A stretch of DNA of 42,114 nucleotides from a virus (IMGVR_UViG_2561511241_000009:1-42114); one strand, 5' to 3'. Counted from the first letter of the stretch, positions 1 to 9,954 are shown. Program-made: numbers and translations. Notes: generated by a model from the letters alone, not told the origin.

Positions 1-378
1 ATGGACGAACAGTGGGGCTATGTCGGGGCTAAATCGCGCCAGCGCTGGCTGTTTTACGCGTATGACAGTCTCCGGAAGACGGTTGTTGCGCACGTATTCG
101 GTGAGCGCACTATGGCGACGCTGGGGCGTCTTATGAGCCTGCTGTCACCCTTTGACGTGGTGATATGGATGACGGATGGCTGGCCGCTGTATGAATCCCG
201 CCTGAAGGGAAAGCTGCACGTAATCAGCAAGCGATATACGCAGCGAATTGAGCGGCATAACCTGAATCTGAGGCAGCACCTGGCACGGCTGGGACGGAAG
301 TCGCTGTCGTTCTCAAAATCGGTGGAGCTGCATGACAAAGTCATCGGGCATTATCTGAACATAAAACACTATCAATAA
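1..378 (+). CDS. insB: IS1 transposase InsB, C-terminal portion (5' end outside window)
   Basis: Translation [22 protein letters not shown]...NIKHYQ recalled as IS1 InsB C-terminal half. Confidence 0.9.
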   Translation: MDEQWGYVGAKSRQRWLFYAYDSLRKTVVAHVFGERTMATLGRLMSLLSPFDVVIWMTDGWPLYESRLKGKLHVISKRYTQRIERHNLNLRQHLARLGRKSLSFSKSVELHDKVIGHYLNIKHYQ

Positions 379-393
379 GTTGGAGTCATTACC
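1..393 (+). mobile_element. IS1 insertion sequence, right-hand ~390 bp (element continues left of window)
   Basis: Sequence ends with the canonical IS1 terminus ...ATAAAACACTATCAATAAGTTGGAGTCATTACC at 393; ORF 1-378 matches InsB C-terminus (...[15 protein letters not shown]). Confidence 0.93.
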
Positions 394-2180
394 GGAAAAC
401 GAGCCTGACATACCGAGGTTGGAGACAGATTAATAGCAAAACGGTGAGCGGGCATCTTCGCTCTGTTTTCAGCCATAAATTGCAGCGTATGCTCAATGAC
501 CCACATGTCGATACTCGACGATAAACCAAATTCGTGCGCGACCGGCAAGAAGCTATCGGGGCTGATCAGTTCATCATTCTCACCTTTCATGCGCAGAAGA
601 ATTTCATGGTAAACATCACCACGCATACCGGTAATCGGCTGGGCCATCAGGAAAAAATGGTTGTGTTCCAGCGCCTGCTGTAGTCGATTCATCATCGCGA
701 CTTTATCTTTCAATTCGCGTTGCAAATACATTGCCCCGCGACGCTGCATATTTTCCGGGGCGTTGGTCACGATGGAAAGTTCGGCGACCGTATTTAGCTC
801 TCCCAGCAGCAGGTAGATATGATTCACTGGCGAGCGCACATAGCAGTAACTGACGCCAATCTGCGGTTGCATCGGCATGCCATCCCAAAAGAAACGAAAT
901 TGCTTGAGATGGCTATCCAGTGCGGTAATGCGCTCCTGGTGCGATTCTGTATTCAGTCGCAGCGCGAGATCGTTACCCGAAAGCTGATAAACATCTTCAC
1001 CCGGTTCCAGCAAGGGTGACAGCCAGTGAGAAAGTTTTTGCTTGTATTGAATCCGCAGCATGATGCCATAGTTCTTAACCAGCATTTCCATGCCAGGGAT
1101 GCGTAAATAACAAAGCGCAGACCAGGGGGCATCACGCAACGCGCGATTCAGGGCGCGAACATTTGGCAGATGAACCACCGGGTCCACATACGCAAGCCGC
1201 TGAATGCGTCTGACTACCGCTCTCTGACGGGTTGCCAGTACAGCCATATAATTGACAATAAAAGAGAATACCAGATAACTGGAGGAGGTTATGGTCAGCT
1301 GCGTGGTATAGCCAGGATAAATGGGAATGTAATTTTGATAGCTGTGGATGCTGATCATCAACACGACCGCCCAGAGCAGCGAAATCAGCTTATAACCATA
1401 GCGCATCGCTCCCCACATCATCAGGGGCAGCAATAATGACAAGGTATAATTGGTGCTAAAAATTGTGCTTTTTTCATTTAACGGCATGCATAACAGCAAC
1501 AATAAAGCACCTAATGCCAGTAGCCAGAGCGCGAACTCTTTTTTGGTGACTTTGGCATCAACCTGCTGTTTTAATTGCGAATAATAGCTACGTAAATAAA
1601 ATGGATTTCGCACTACCCGAATGATGAAGTAGCACAGCGGGACACCGATCAGATTACCCACCAGTAAGGCCTGATAATTGATTAAAGTCCCGAGGTTAAA
1701 AGGCATGACACCGACCAGATTTTCTCTGCTCGCCAGTAATCCTACAAATGCAGCAAACTGGAAAAGTATCAGAAACAGCGTTGCAGGAAACACAATCTGC
1801 CAGAATATACGCTGGGAAATTAAACGGGTATCACCATGTGAAACGTTGTTACGCCGGGGAGTAAAGACCCTGTAACCGCCCCAACAGAGAATGATAATGA
1901 TAATAAAATTAGCCGTTAATGATAGCGTTTCGTAAAAACCCAGCTCTGCATATTTGCGGACAAAAATCCCTAAGGCGATCCCTGGCAATGCCGCCCAGCT
2001 GAAAAACATCATCATGCTGATCATCAGTGCCAGAGGCAGATAAAAGAGAAAAACCTCACCGGAAGAAATATGCGCGAAAGTATTAATGTGGGCGAAAATG
2101 GGCAAGATTAAAGAAGGCAGGAACAGCGGAAGCCCCCACCATTTATCACGTATTTTTATATAAGTTGCATTCAGTTTCAT
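394..2180 (-). pseudogene. pdeF: c-di-GMP phosphodiesterase PdeF/YfgF-like gene (MASE1, degenerate GGDEF, EAL), 3' end truncated by IS1
   Basis: 602-aa ORF 372-2180: multi-TM N-terminus, central domain lacking GGDEF, EAL domain start (YHEILLRM...); reading frame runs into IS1 and stops at 372; synteny with yfgG/yfgH/yfgI. Confidence 0.7.
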
Positions 2181-2531
2181 AGATGCTCAGCAGAATCCCC
2201 CACATCCTGAAGGAGGTGTATTCAGACAGGCATCCCACCTGACTTCGAATGATGATTATTCATCACTATAGAGAGCATTGATTCTAAGTGTCATATGAAA
2301 GTACCAATTGATATATATCAAACAAAATAACCCTGATTAATGAATTATTACGTTTATCATGTTAATTCATCATTATTACATCATCATTGTAAATAATTAA
2401 ATTAACTTCCATAACATTAAAATATGTATCCACTGACGCTTTTTTACATAACGAAGAATTGACCATTTTGTCCTGTTGTGCCTTAATGTAAGTACCGTCC
2501 ACAGCGTGGGACATACTTCAAGGAACCTTTT

Positions 2532-2723
2532 GTGAGTCAGGCAACCAGTATGCGAAAACGACACCGATTTAACAGTCGCATGACCCGTATCGTACTGCTC
2601 ATCAGCTTTATCTTCTTCTTTGGCCGTTTTATCTACTCGTCCGTCGGTGCCTGGCAGCACCATCAGAGCAAAAAAGAAGCTCAGCAATCCACACTCTCCG
2701 TCGAATCACCGGTACAACGTTAG
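2532..2723 (+). CDS. yfgG: small membrane protein YfgG-like (63 aa)
   Basis: 63-aa ORF MSQATSMRKRHRF... with one hydrophobic helix; position next to pdeF. Confidence 0.75.
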   Translation: MSQATSMRKRHRFNSRMTRIVLLISFIFFFGRFIYSSVGAWQHHQSKKEAQQSTLSVESPVQR

Positions 2724-3033
2724 CGGTTACCTTCTCCACTTTCACAGAACATAACGGCACTTCGCTGTCGGATGCTTTTGCTGTTTGGGATTATCAAAGC
2801 GGCAGATATTCTTTCATCTTAAATTTTACGTCTTTATCCTGACTGATGTTTATCCTGTTTGGCTGCGAAATAAATATAAAATTAATATATATGTTGTAAT
2901 GATATATTTTTATAAATTATTCCCTGCGTGAATTTTAATAAATTTAATCTATCCCTTTATACGCAATACATTTACTTTCCTCTTTTGATGATCTTAAATG
3001 TCTTATTTTTCGTAATGTGTATAACAAGGAATA

Positions 3034-3552
3034 GTGATGAAATTTAAAAAATGTCTTCTGCCTGTGGCAATGTTAGCGTCATTCACTCTGGCAGGATGCC
3101 AGTCAAATGCTGACGATCATGCTGCCGATGTTTATCAAACCGATCAACTGAATACCAAACAAGAAACTAAAACCGTTAATATTATTTCCATTCTTCCCGC
3201 AAAAGTTGCCGTAGACAACTCCCAAAATAAACGGAACGCACAAGCCTTCGGCGCGCTTATTGGCGCAGTCGCTGGCGGTGTTATCGGCCACAACGTCGGG
3301 TCTGGCAGCAATTCCGGAACGACGGCAGGTGCAGTTGGCGGCGGAGCTGTAGGCGCGGCAGCGGGTTCTATGGTGAATGATAAAACCTTAGTGGAAGGTG
3401 TTTCTTTAACCTATAAGGAAGGCACCAAAGTGTATACCTCTACCCAGGTGGGTAAAGAGTGCCAGTTTACGACAGGTTTAGCCGTTGTTATTACCACGAC
3501 GTATAACGAAACGCGTATTCAGCCAAATACCAAATGTCCTGAAAAGAGCTAA
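3034..3552 (+). CDS. yfgH: glycine-zipper lipoprotein YfgH-like
   Basis: Signal peptide with lipobox LAGC; Gly/Ala-rich glycine-zipper segment (GALIGAVAGGVIGH...AGAVGGGAVGAAAG); start may be the second Met at 3037. Confidence 0.75.
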   Translation: MMKFKKCLLPVAMLASFTLAGCQSNADDHAADVYQTDQLNTKQETKTVNIISILPAKVAVDNSQNKRNAQAFGALIGAVAGGVIGHNVGSGSNSGTTAGAVGGGAVGAAAGSMVNDKTLVEGVSLTYKEGTKVYTSTQVGKECQFTTGLAVVITTTYNETRIQPNTKCPEKS

Positions 3553-3567
3553 TAATCAGGAGGAGTC

Positions 3568-4107
3568 ATGAAGAAAGTTTTTCTTTGCGCCATCTTAGCC
3601 TCCTTAAGCTATCCGGCTATCGCCTCATCATTGCAGGATCAACTCTCTGCTGTCGCAGAAGCGGAACAGCAAGGTAAAAATGAAGAGCAAAGGCAGCATG
3701 ACGAATGGGTCGCGGAGCGCAACAGGGAAATCCAGCAAGAGAAGCAACGTCGCGCAAATGCCCAGGCCGCCGCTAACAAAAGAGCGGCAACGGCAGCGGC
3801 AAATAAGAAAGCTCGTCAGGATAAACTGGACGCCGAAGCCTCTGCGGACAAAAAACGCGATCAAAGTTATGAAGATGAGCTACGCAGCTTAGAGATTCAG
3901 AAACAAAAACTGGCGCTGGCAAAAGAAGAAGCCCGCGTTAAGCGAGAAAACGAATTTATCGATCAGGAACTGAAGCACAAAGCTGCGCAAACCGATGTGG
4001 TGCAATCTGAAGCTGACGCCAACAGAAATATGACTGAAGGCGGTCGCGATCTGATGAAAAGCGTGGGCAAAGCAGAAGAGAACAAATCGGACAGCTGGTT
4101 TAATTAA
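3568..4107 (+). CDS. yfgI: secreted coiled-coil protein YfgI-like
   Basis: AGGAGG RBS 6 nt upstream; signal peptide; charged Q/K/E/R-rich body; 179 aa. Confidence 0.75.
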   Translation: MKKVFLCAILASLSYPAIASSLQDQLSAVAEAEQQGKNEEQRQHDEWVAERNREIQQEKQRRANAQAAANKRAATAAANKKARQDKLDAEASADKKRDQSYEDELRSLEIQKQKLALAKEEARVKRENEFIDQELKHKAAQTDVVQSEADANRNMTEGGRDLMKSVGKAEENKSDSWFN

Positions 4108-4151
4108 TCGATGTTAGTAACTTCAATCCTATAATTCTTGAAGATAAAAAA

Positions 4152-4178
4152 CCCTCTGTAGTAACAGAGGGTTTTGTT
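4152..4178 (+). terminator. rho-independent terminator (bidirectional-looking)
   Basis: CCCTCTG-tagtaa-CAGAGGG hairpin followed by TTTTGTT; A-run on the other side. Confidence 0.75.
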
Positions 4179-4310
4179 CATTCATAGTGCAGGGTCAAAT
4201 CATTCCCACTCAATTATTTACGGATACCATAACCAATTGAGTTATAACATTTTTCTAAAGTTCAATTTTTCCAGTACCGTTTTATATACCGTCACCGGAA
4301 ATCAGTACCT

Positions 4311-4799
4311 CTATTTTTGCTTCTTCAATGAGTCGTATTGCTGCTCGCAGAATTCCCCTGCAATCCGATACTTTTCAGCCTCAACTGCTGTTGCGTTGTA
4401 AACTCGGTTGCTTTCTTCAAGCATGTCGGCGAGCACACCAATGACCTTGCTGGCTGGCGTGCCAGAGGGGAAAGATCCGGTATAGTGTTCGGCGAGTCGC
4501 TTGGTATTGTCAAGCTCGGCGCGCATGCTGTCAGCAACGGTATTAGCATACTCAGCATCAGCAAGCGCCGCATCGATACGGGATTGTGCTTCACGTTCAA
4601 TTTGTGTTTTCTCCTGCTCACGCTGTGACCTGAACTTATCATCAGCCTGTTTCTGATCTTCCTTCGCCTGCGCATACCCGGCGTCGTACTGACGACTGCC
4701 GTGTGCATTCCAGGCTACAACTCCTGATATGACCAGAACAGCGAGCATCGCCATGATAACCAACTGTTTCCAGTATGCTTTTGCGAATGCCCAGATCAT
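4311..4799 (-). CDS. i-spanin Rz-like
   Basis: N-terminal TM helix then coiled-coil periplasmic region; start overlaps endolysin stop (ATGA); contains embedded lipoprotein ORF. Confidence 0.75.
   Translation of the reverse strand: MIWAFAKAYWKQLVIMAMLAVLVISGVVAWNAHGSRQYDAGYAQAKEDQKQADDKFRSQREQEKTQIEREAQSRIDAALADAEYANTVADSMRAELDNTKRLAEHYTGSFPSGTPASKVIGVLADMLEESNRVYNATAVEAEKYRIAGEFCEQQYDSLKKQK
4325..4573 (-). CDS. o-spanin Rz1-like lipoprotein embedded in Rz (+1 frame)
   Basis: Internal Met starting [17 protein letters not shown] (lipobox LTAC), Pro-rich; fully nested inside Rz. Confidence 0.7.
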   Translation of the reverse strand: MRRLLMLSMLIPLLTACAPSLTIPSDSPNTIPDLSPLARQPARSLVCSPTCLKKATEFTTQQQLRLKSIGLQGNSASSNTTH

Positions 4800-5425
4800 A
4801 CCACCAGCACCTTACTGGCAGTGATGTACCGCGCGCGCCGGTCGTCGATGCCGTTCCGGCCACCATTGATAATCAGAGTTACACGTGCAATATCGCCGGT
4901 ATACTTCATGCATCCTTTGCTGGCGAAGAACCACGCCGCGCTACGAGCCGCGTATTCGTCCTGCGCCAGCAGTTCAGGATTCTCCAGCAGGTCAACTTTC
5001 AGACCGTTTCCGCAGTCACGATAGTTATTCAAACCGGTAATCTGGATAAGCCCGCGCCCACGGTAATTCCAGCCATCGCCTGGAGCATTGTTACCCATGC
5101 GTTTGCTGTACACCAGATTTGCGATCGCGCGCTGGCGATCGAGTGGCAATGGTGGCTCACCAGCACGGCGGCCCAGTGCGTTAGCCTGTCCCTGGGTGAG
5201 ACGCCCAGCCCGAACGAAGTTAGCCAGTCCGGTGACGCTGTAGTTGAAATTTTCCTGCAACCGATTGAAGCCCCCAGACTCATGCCCGACCTGAGCAATA
5301 AACATTGCCTGATCTTCGGGTTTGCTGATACCAAACTCTTTCATCGCAGAAGTTATATGCGAGAACCAGCGTGCGGCCAGCGCCTCGCTAATACCAGCAG
5401 CTCGCTGGAATTGTTTAATCTCCAT
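4796..5425 (-). CDS. endolysin, glycoside hydrolase family 19 (chitinase-like)
   Basis: Motifs [12 protein letters not shown] and [16 protein letters not shown] typical of GH19 lysozymes; sits between holin-like genes and Rz. Confidence 0.85.
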   Translation of the reverse strand: MEIKQFQRAAGISEALAARWFSHITSAMKEFGISKPEDQAMFIAQVGHESGGFNRLQENFNYSVTGLANFVRAGRLTQGQANALGRRAGEPPLPLDRQRAIANLVYSKRMGNNAPGDGWNYRGRGLIQITGLNNYRDCGNGLKVDLLENPELLAQDEYAARSAAWFFASKGCMKYTGDIARVTLIINGGRNGIDDRRARYITASKVLVV

Positions 5426-5723
5426 GTTTAGACCTCGTTATTTTGAAAATCTGAACGACGTTACCGCGCGTTTTAACAACCGCAGCAAGCATGACAGCGT
5501 TGATAATGACCTCAGATAAATCCACAGCCATTGGCGTGCGTAGCCATATTGCATAGACAGCACGAACTGGAATACTGGCCGCAGCAACAATCAGAAAATA
5601 AGCAAGCCAGCCTCCCCATCTTCGGTGTTGAGAACCGTTACGCCGGAATGTGACAACACGAATTGCTATGCCAGTACAAATAACTGCATTGGTGATAAGC
5701 AAAAAAAGCTCATGCGTTACCAT
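5415..5723 (-). CDS. lysis-cassette membrane protein (holin/antiholin-like, 3 predicted TM)
   Basis: 102 aa, three hydrophobic helices, basic C-terminus; overlaps both neighbours. Confidence 0.5.
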   Translation of the reverse strand: MVTHELFLLITNAVICTGIAIRVVTFRRNGSQHRRWGGWLAYFLIVAAASIPVRAVYAIWLRTPMAVDLSEVIINAVMLAAVVKTRGNVVQIFKITRSKHGD

Positions 5724-6114
5724 CGTCTTTTCTCCCCGGAATTAACTCTCGTGGATTATCGGAGCGGTGATAAAGCCATATACCAATTCGCACGGCGACA
5801 ATTGACGACACAAATGCACCAGCAGAGAAGACGATCCCTTTCTCGAAAGAGTCCTGCGTGATGGTAGGGATCAGGCTGGCTACACCGATAAGGATGGATG
5901 CTGTAGGTTTGTAAAAGAGAAGGCCGCAGAGGAAACTGAGCATAGACAGGAGAACCCGGCGATGAATGGGATACTCGATGGCTGAGGTAACAAAAATTAC
6001 CGCCCCAGCCAAAGCTCCCAAAGCCACCTCTGGAGGAACCCCTGCTATCACCGCAGCAAGAGAACCCGCACTAAGCCACTGATTTAAAGACTCACTGGTT
6101 AGCTGAACTGACAT
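5710..6114 (-). CDS. putative holin (4 predicted TM)
   Basis: Hydrophobic helices and charged C-tail; first gene of cassette; ATG at 6114 with GGTGG RBS (track ORF extends to GTG at 6123). Confidence 0.6.
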   Translation of the reverse strand: MSVQLTSESLNQWLSAGSLAAVIAGVPPEVALGALAGAVIFVTSAIEYPIHRRVLLSMLSFLCGLLFYKPTASILIGVASLIPTITQDSFEKGIVFSAGAFVSSIVAVRIGIWLYHRSDNPRELIPGRKDDGNA

Positions 6115-6359
6115 AAAAACCACCGTTTAATGTGCATAACGAACCCCTTAGTTGGTGATCACATTATACACAATAAACCATATGTGGTTTAAAAACATTA
6201 GGCAGATCTTAACGATATTACCATATATGTAGTTCTGTTAAGGTGAACTACAATCATAACTAAGTAATTAATTGATAGTTCACAATATTTTTGAATGCAC
6301 AGGAAGCGTATGTCATTGATTATTAGTGACATGAAAATTAGCCATAATAAAGCTATACT

Positions 6360-8387
6360 TTATGCTGTCGCATTCCACTCTCCTGTATTCATCACCCACG
6401 CTGATACCACCCTTGAATATACCAATGTGGCTGTGGTCATTTTGATCTGAGATGTATTTGCTCCTGTGACATTTACTGGAACCCCTGCAATAGATAGCGA
6501 TGATATATTTGAACCCCTGAGAATAAATCCAATCTTCTGACCATCATATGGCGTCCCTGTAAATGATATGTTTTCTCCTGATATAACATTACGTCTATAC
6601 CAAGAGAATCCCATATTAATATCAACAGTATTATCTGATAACTGAAGAACACCATTTCTGTTAACTTTTGCCGACGAAAGAACACCAAGATCTGCTGATG
6701 TAATTCCCTGGTCTGATTTCCATGTGTTGATATTAACTACAATGTTGGTCACTGTGGCATCAGAACCTCCATCAATTTTAAAGAATCCACCTGCTCTTGA
6801 TCCATAGACAGGCTCATCAATCAAAGCATTTAGGGTGAGATTGCTTGCACTATAGGCGTTTGCTGGCAGACCAGCAGTTGTTGATGAGTGAGTACAACGG
6901 TGAAATAAAGCACCTACAGAACTCGACATTCTTACGTCTGACGAGCTATTGTTTTCAAAGTACATACCGTAGACTTTTGTACCTTGCGCTTGGTCAAGGA
7001 ACCCATATTTACTGCAATTTTGACTAAATCCACCTACAAATACTACGGCTTCAGTCGGGAATGTATTCACATAGTCCCACGTCGTCTCACCATTAAGACC
7101 ATGCCTAACAATTATTCCGTATTGCGGCATATCAATTTCTGGAGTGCCTGAATAACCATTAAAACCAGTAACTGTTATAGCATTTGCGCCGTTTCTTAAA
7201 AGAAGTCTAATTGATCCAGTGCCACCACCGATAACTTCACAGCCATCTACTTTTAGCCCGTAACATAGAGTGCCAATTTCAATTCCAACGTTGTTGGCGG
7301 CAGTTCCCATATTGACCCACATCATGTCAAGATGTCCATGGTTTCTGAACTTTATCCCTACAAATCCTCTACACCCTGTCTTCCCGCTAATGTCAATTCT
7401 CACGTTGTGTAACTTAACATTCCTTACTCCATTCCCTCCTGAAATTGTCGGATCGCAGGTCATTACTGTCATGTTATTGTTTGCAGGATATAATGTTGCT
7501 CCAGGATCCCACCAAATTTCCGTGTTTGGATATATCGCCCATGCTGTGCTGGTTGTATAAGTTCCTGATGAAACGTATATCTGACCAGCTGATGAAAGGA
7601 TTGACTGTATCTGAGTAGTATTCATAGATGGGTAAATAACCTTCGACGGCTTAACGCTACCTTTATAAGGGTAATCTTCCCAAATGCTGTTCCCGCCCCA
7701 CGAACTACCAACATGCTTATCGAACCCAGGCTGCGCGATCTGTAATAATACGTCAGATGCTGAACCGGATGGTGGCAGTACAGGATAAGGGTTACCTGCA
7801 CTGTCAAACGCAACTATTTTATTTGCCCTAGTCGCTGCGTCAGGAAGTTGAGGGATTTGCTCAGGCACTCGTAGGGTGCGGCTGTAATTATTGCTTGCCA
7901 GCGAGTCGACATAATTCTTTGTAGCCGCGTCCTGTTGGCGTATGGGATCGCGAAGATTTCTAATATAGTTGTTCAAAGCATCATAATAGTTTGCCACGAA
8001 TGATGGCTTGCGAAGCGCTAGGCTAAACCAACTTCTAACCTGCTGTATCAGCATCGTCAGTTTATCGAATGCGTCTTCATGCACCTCAGCGAAGAACTTA
8101 CCCTGGTTGCGCAGATCGGTATCCTGCGTAACCGGTAGCTCTCTTGATATAGAAATCTGATAACCGTTAACCAACGCCTTCGACAGAATTACATTGCCGC
8201 CGTTATACCCTCCCGCACCAGTGACTATGTAATCAGTATCAAGAATCAGCTCTGTGATGTTCTCGTTCAGGTCAACAACCTGCACTACTAAATCAGATTT
8301 CTGGAAAATCCTGAAGGTATAAGGGAATGTCGTTGTAACACCGTTACCGGTGTATTCGTTGTGGTCAACTTCGGTTGAGACCGTCAT
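6360..8387 (-). CDS. tailspike / tail fibre receptor-binding protein with T7 gp17-like N-terminal anchor domain
   Basis: N-terminus YTGNGVTTTFPYTF...VVQVVD...ISISRELPVTQDTDLRN parallels T7 tail-fibre N-domain pattern; long Gly/Asn/Thr-rich body; visibly AT-richer than flanks. Confidence 0.7.
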   Translation of the reverse strand: MTVSTEVDHNEYTGNGVTTTFPYTFRIFQKSDLVVQVVDLNENITELILDTDYIVTGAGGYNGGNVILSKALVNGYQISISRELPVTQDTDLRNQGKFFAEVHEDAFDKLTMLIQQVRSWFSLALRKPSFVANYYDALNNYIRNLRDPIRQQDAATKNYVDSLASNNYSRTLRVPEQIPQLPDAATRANKIVAFDSAGNPYPVLPPSGSASDVLLQIAQPGFDKHVGSSWGGNSIWEDYPYKGSVKPSKVIYPSMNTTQIQSILSSAGQIYVSSGTYTTSTAWAIYPNTEIWWDPGATLYPANNNMTVMTCDPTISGGNGVRNVKLHNVRIDISGKTGCRGFVGIKFRNHGHLDMMWVNMGTAANNVGIEIGTLCYGLKVDGCEVIGGGTGSIRLLLRNGANAITVTGFNGYSGTPEIDMPQYGIIVRHGLNGETTWDYVNTFPTEAVVFVGGFSQNCSKYGFLDQAQGTKVYGMYFENNSSSDVRMSSSVGALFHRCTHSSTTAGLPANAYSASNLTLNALIDEPVYGSRAGGFFKIDGGSDATVTNIVVNINTWKSDQGITSADLGVLSSAKVNRNGVLQLSDNTVDINMGFSWYRRNVISGENISFTGTPYDGQKIGFILRGSNISSLSIAGVPVNVTGANTSQIKMTTATLVYSRVVSAWVMNTGEWNATA

Positions 8388-8491
8388 GTTAAATCTCCAG
8401 ATAGTCGCAGCACCCGTTGCGCCGCATATCCGGTTATTCTATTACCTGAAAAACCATATATGGATAGACAACCCATAAATACGAACAGATA

Positions 8492-8506
8492 TTACCTTTC
8501 AGGTGA
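8492..8506. promoter_or_regulatory. operator-like palindrome TTACCtttcaGGTgA
   Basis: Member of the recurring (A/T)TTACC-N5-GGTAA(T/A) family; one mismatch; ~40 bp upstream of LexA box. Confidence 0.55.
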
Positions 8507-8543
8507 TTCGCAAAACGTGCTGGATAGCAAATAAATTATTTGA

Positions 8544-8563
8544 TACTGTATATTTATACAGTT
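8544..8563. promoter_or_regulatory. LexA (SOS) box
   Basis: TACTGTATATTTATACAGTT = CTGT-N8-ACAG, near-identical to the E. coli consensus TACTGTATATATATACAGTA; 20 bp upstream of ATG 8583. Confidence 0.8.
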
Positions 8564-8582
8564 ATTGCATGGAGAAGATAAG

Positions 8583-8840
8583 ATGCAGCAGTATCACTAT
8601 CCACTGGAAGACGGATTTACCGAAAGGATTCACACGCCGGGAGGCGTTAGATCACTGGTGGAGGGATCGCACTTGATGAAATTACTCCGGGAGCTCGATA
8701 AGGATGGATTTAATGTCGATGGCCCACTTGCCGAACTGACTGCACTGATTAACTACGTCACCAGCTCACAGATGTCTATGCGGGATCTGCAAACACATCT
8801 CGACTATTGTGCCGAACAATTACGAAAACAAACCAGATAA
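8583..8840 (+). CDS. small antirepressor-like protein (stand-alone antirepressor C-terminal domain)
   Basis: GGAG RBS; 85 aa; strongly similar to the C-terminal 65 aa of the BRO-N protein at 9156-9866 (IHTPGGVRSLVEGSHLMKLL...RDLQTH vs IHSPSGVLGLTENSLLMNLL...RDIQTH). Confidence 0.6.
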   Translation: MQQYHYPLEDGFTERIHTPGGVRSLVEGSHLMKLLRELDKDGFNVDGPLAELTALINYVTSSQMSMRDLQTHLDYCAEQLRKQTR

Positions 8841-8871
8841 GGTTTGCAATTACCAAGTGGAGTGCTTATAT

Positions 8872-8886
8872 TTACCTTTGCGGTAA
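8872..8886. promoter_or_regulatory. operator-like palindrome TTACCtttgcGGTAA
   Basis: Perfect match to the recurring palindrome, in the 300-bp non-coding gap upstream of the BRO-N gene. Confidence 0.55.
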
Positions 8887-8976
8887 ATTTACATCGCACT
8901 CCTCTTGTGCCATAGTAATCGGGCACTGGAAAAATCCAGTGCCGGGATTGGCGTCCCGAGTTACTAAGTGGCGCAT

Positions 8977-8999
8977 ACCACGCCAGACGTGGTTTTTTT
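8977..8999 (+). terminator. putative rho-independent terminator
   Basis: CCACG-ccaga-CGTGG then TTTTTTT. Confidence 0.55.
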
Positions 9000-9155
9000 A
9001 TGCGTTAAGCACAGCCATATCCGAATTATGGTGGGCTGGGCAGGGGTCCGAAAGGACGCCGGTACCACTTAGGCCGGTACGCCAACCTTGTCCAGTTCAC
9101 CACCAGTAATTGGCGTTGCGGTGGTGATTAAAATCACTAAGTGGAGATAACCACC

Positions 9156-9866
9156 ATGGCTAATGCTCAAACTGCCATCTTCAAATTTGAATCTGTTAAC
9201 CCTATCCGTTCCATCATTATCGATGGCCAACCATGGTTTGTAGCCCAAGACGTTTGTAGTGCGCTGCGTATCCAAAACGTCACCCAATCACTTGAAAAAC
9301 TGGATGATGATGAAAGGTCTATGTTCAACATAGGGCATGAACATCGTGCAATTTTTGATAGCCGAGTAAAAGAGCTCAACATCATCTCCGAGTCAGGCCT
9401 CTACACACTGATCCTCCGCTGCCGCGATGCGGTGACACCAGGCACTATCCCCTACCGCTTTCGTAAATGGGTTACAGGTGAGGTTCTTCCTCAGATCCGC
9501 CGCACCGGAAGTTACATTAAAGACTCGCTCCCGCAGGAAGAACGCATAAAGATGGTTGCCGACCAGGTAGCCAACGCCACGGCGTCAGCAGTAATACAGG
9601 CAATGAAGATAGAGAACAAAACCTACAGTGCCCCACTGAAGCCCGGCTACCGCAGCCTGATTCACTCGCCGTCTGGTGTTCTCGGCCTGACGGAGAACTC
9701 ACTGCTGATGAATCTGCTGAACCAGTTGCAGGACGACGGGCACGACGTATCTGGCGCGGCGGCGGAGCTGACCACCATGTTCTGCTACATCGTCGGTGTG
9801 AGCAAATGCCTGCGTGATATCCAGACGCACGCGGAGTACATCAACGACAAGGCAGGGTTCTTCTGA
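9156..9866 (+). CDS. BRO-N domain antirepressor (KilA-C/Ant-type C-terminus)
   Basis: N-terminus IFKFESVNPIRSIIIDGQPWFVAQDVCSAL fits BRO-N pattern; C-terminus paralogous to 8583-8840 product; GGAG RBS before ATG 9156 (track ORF starts at GTG 9141). Confidence 0.7.
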   Translation: MANAQTAIFKFESVNPIRSIIIDGQPWFVAQDVCSALRIQNVTQSLEKLDDDERSMFNIGHEHRAIFDSRVKELNIISESGLYTLILRCRDAVTPGTIPYRFRKWVTGEVLPQIRRTGSYIKDSLPQEERIKMVADQVANATASAVIQAMKIENKTYSAPLKPGYRSLIHSPSGVLGLTENSLLMNLLNQLQDDGHDVSGAAAELTTMFCYIVGVSKCLRDIQTHAEYINDKAGFF

Positions 9867-9875
9867 CAGAACGGC

Positions 9876-9896
9876 GGCACAGGGATGTGCCTTTAA
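9876..9896 (+). terminator. weak terminator-like hairpin
   Basis: GGCACA-ggga-TGTGCC then TTTAAATAATT. Confidence 0.4.
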
Positions 9897-9939
9897 ATAA
9901 TTCTGTACAGATTGCAGACTGTGGGTGAATAGCGTACTA

Positions 9940-9954
9940 TTACCTTAAAGGTAA
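9940..9954. promoter_or_regulatory. operator-like palindrome TTACCttaaaGGTAA
   Basis: Perfect palindrome immediately abutting the AGGAGG RBS of the 9967 ORF. Confidence 0.55.

Noticed and set aside
2181-3033. AT-rich host intergenic regions that could look like foreign DNA
   Set aside because: They are ordinary promoter regions between the pdeF, yfgG and yfgH-like genes, with no repeats or ORFs suggesting a mobile element.
5710-6123. Possible lambda-S-style dual-start holin/antiholin (M-V-F-M)
   Set aside because: The first codon is GTG with no good RBS and the two N-termini do not differ by a positive charge.
8807-9109. 100-aa plus-strand ORF between the two antirepressor genes
   Set aside because: No RBS, spans a terminator hairpin and an operator palindrome; composition looks non-coding.
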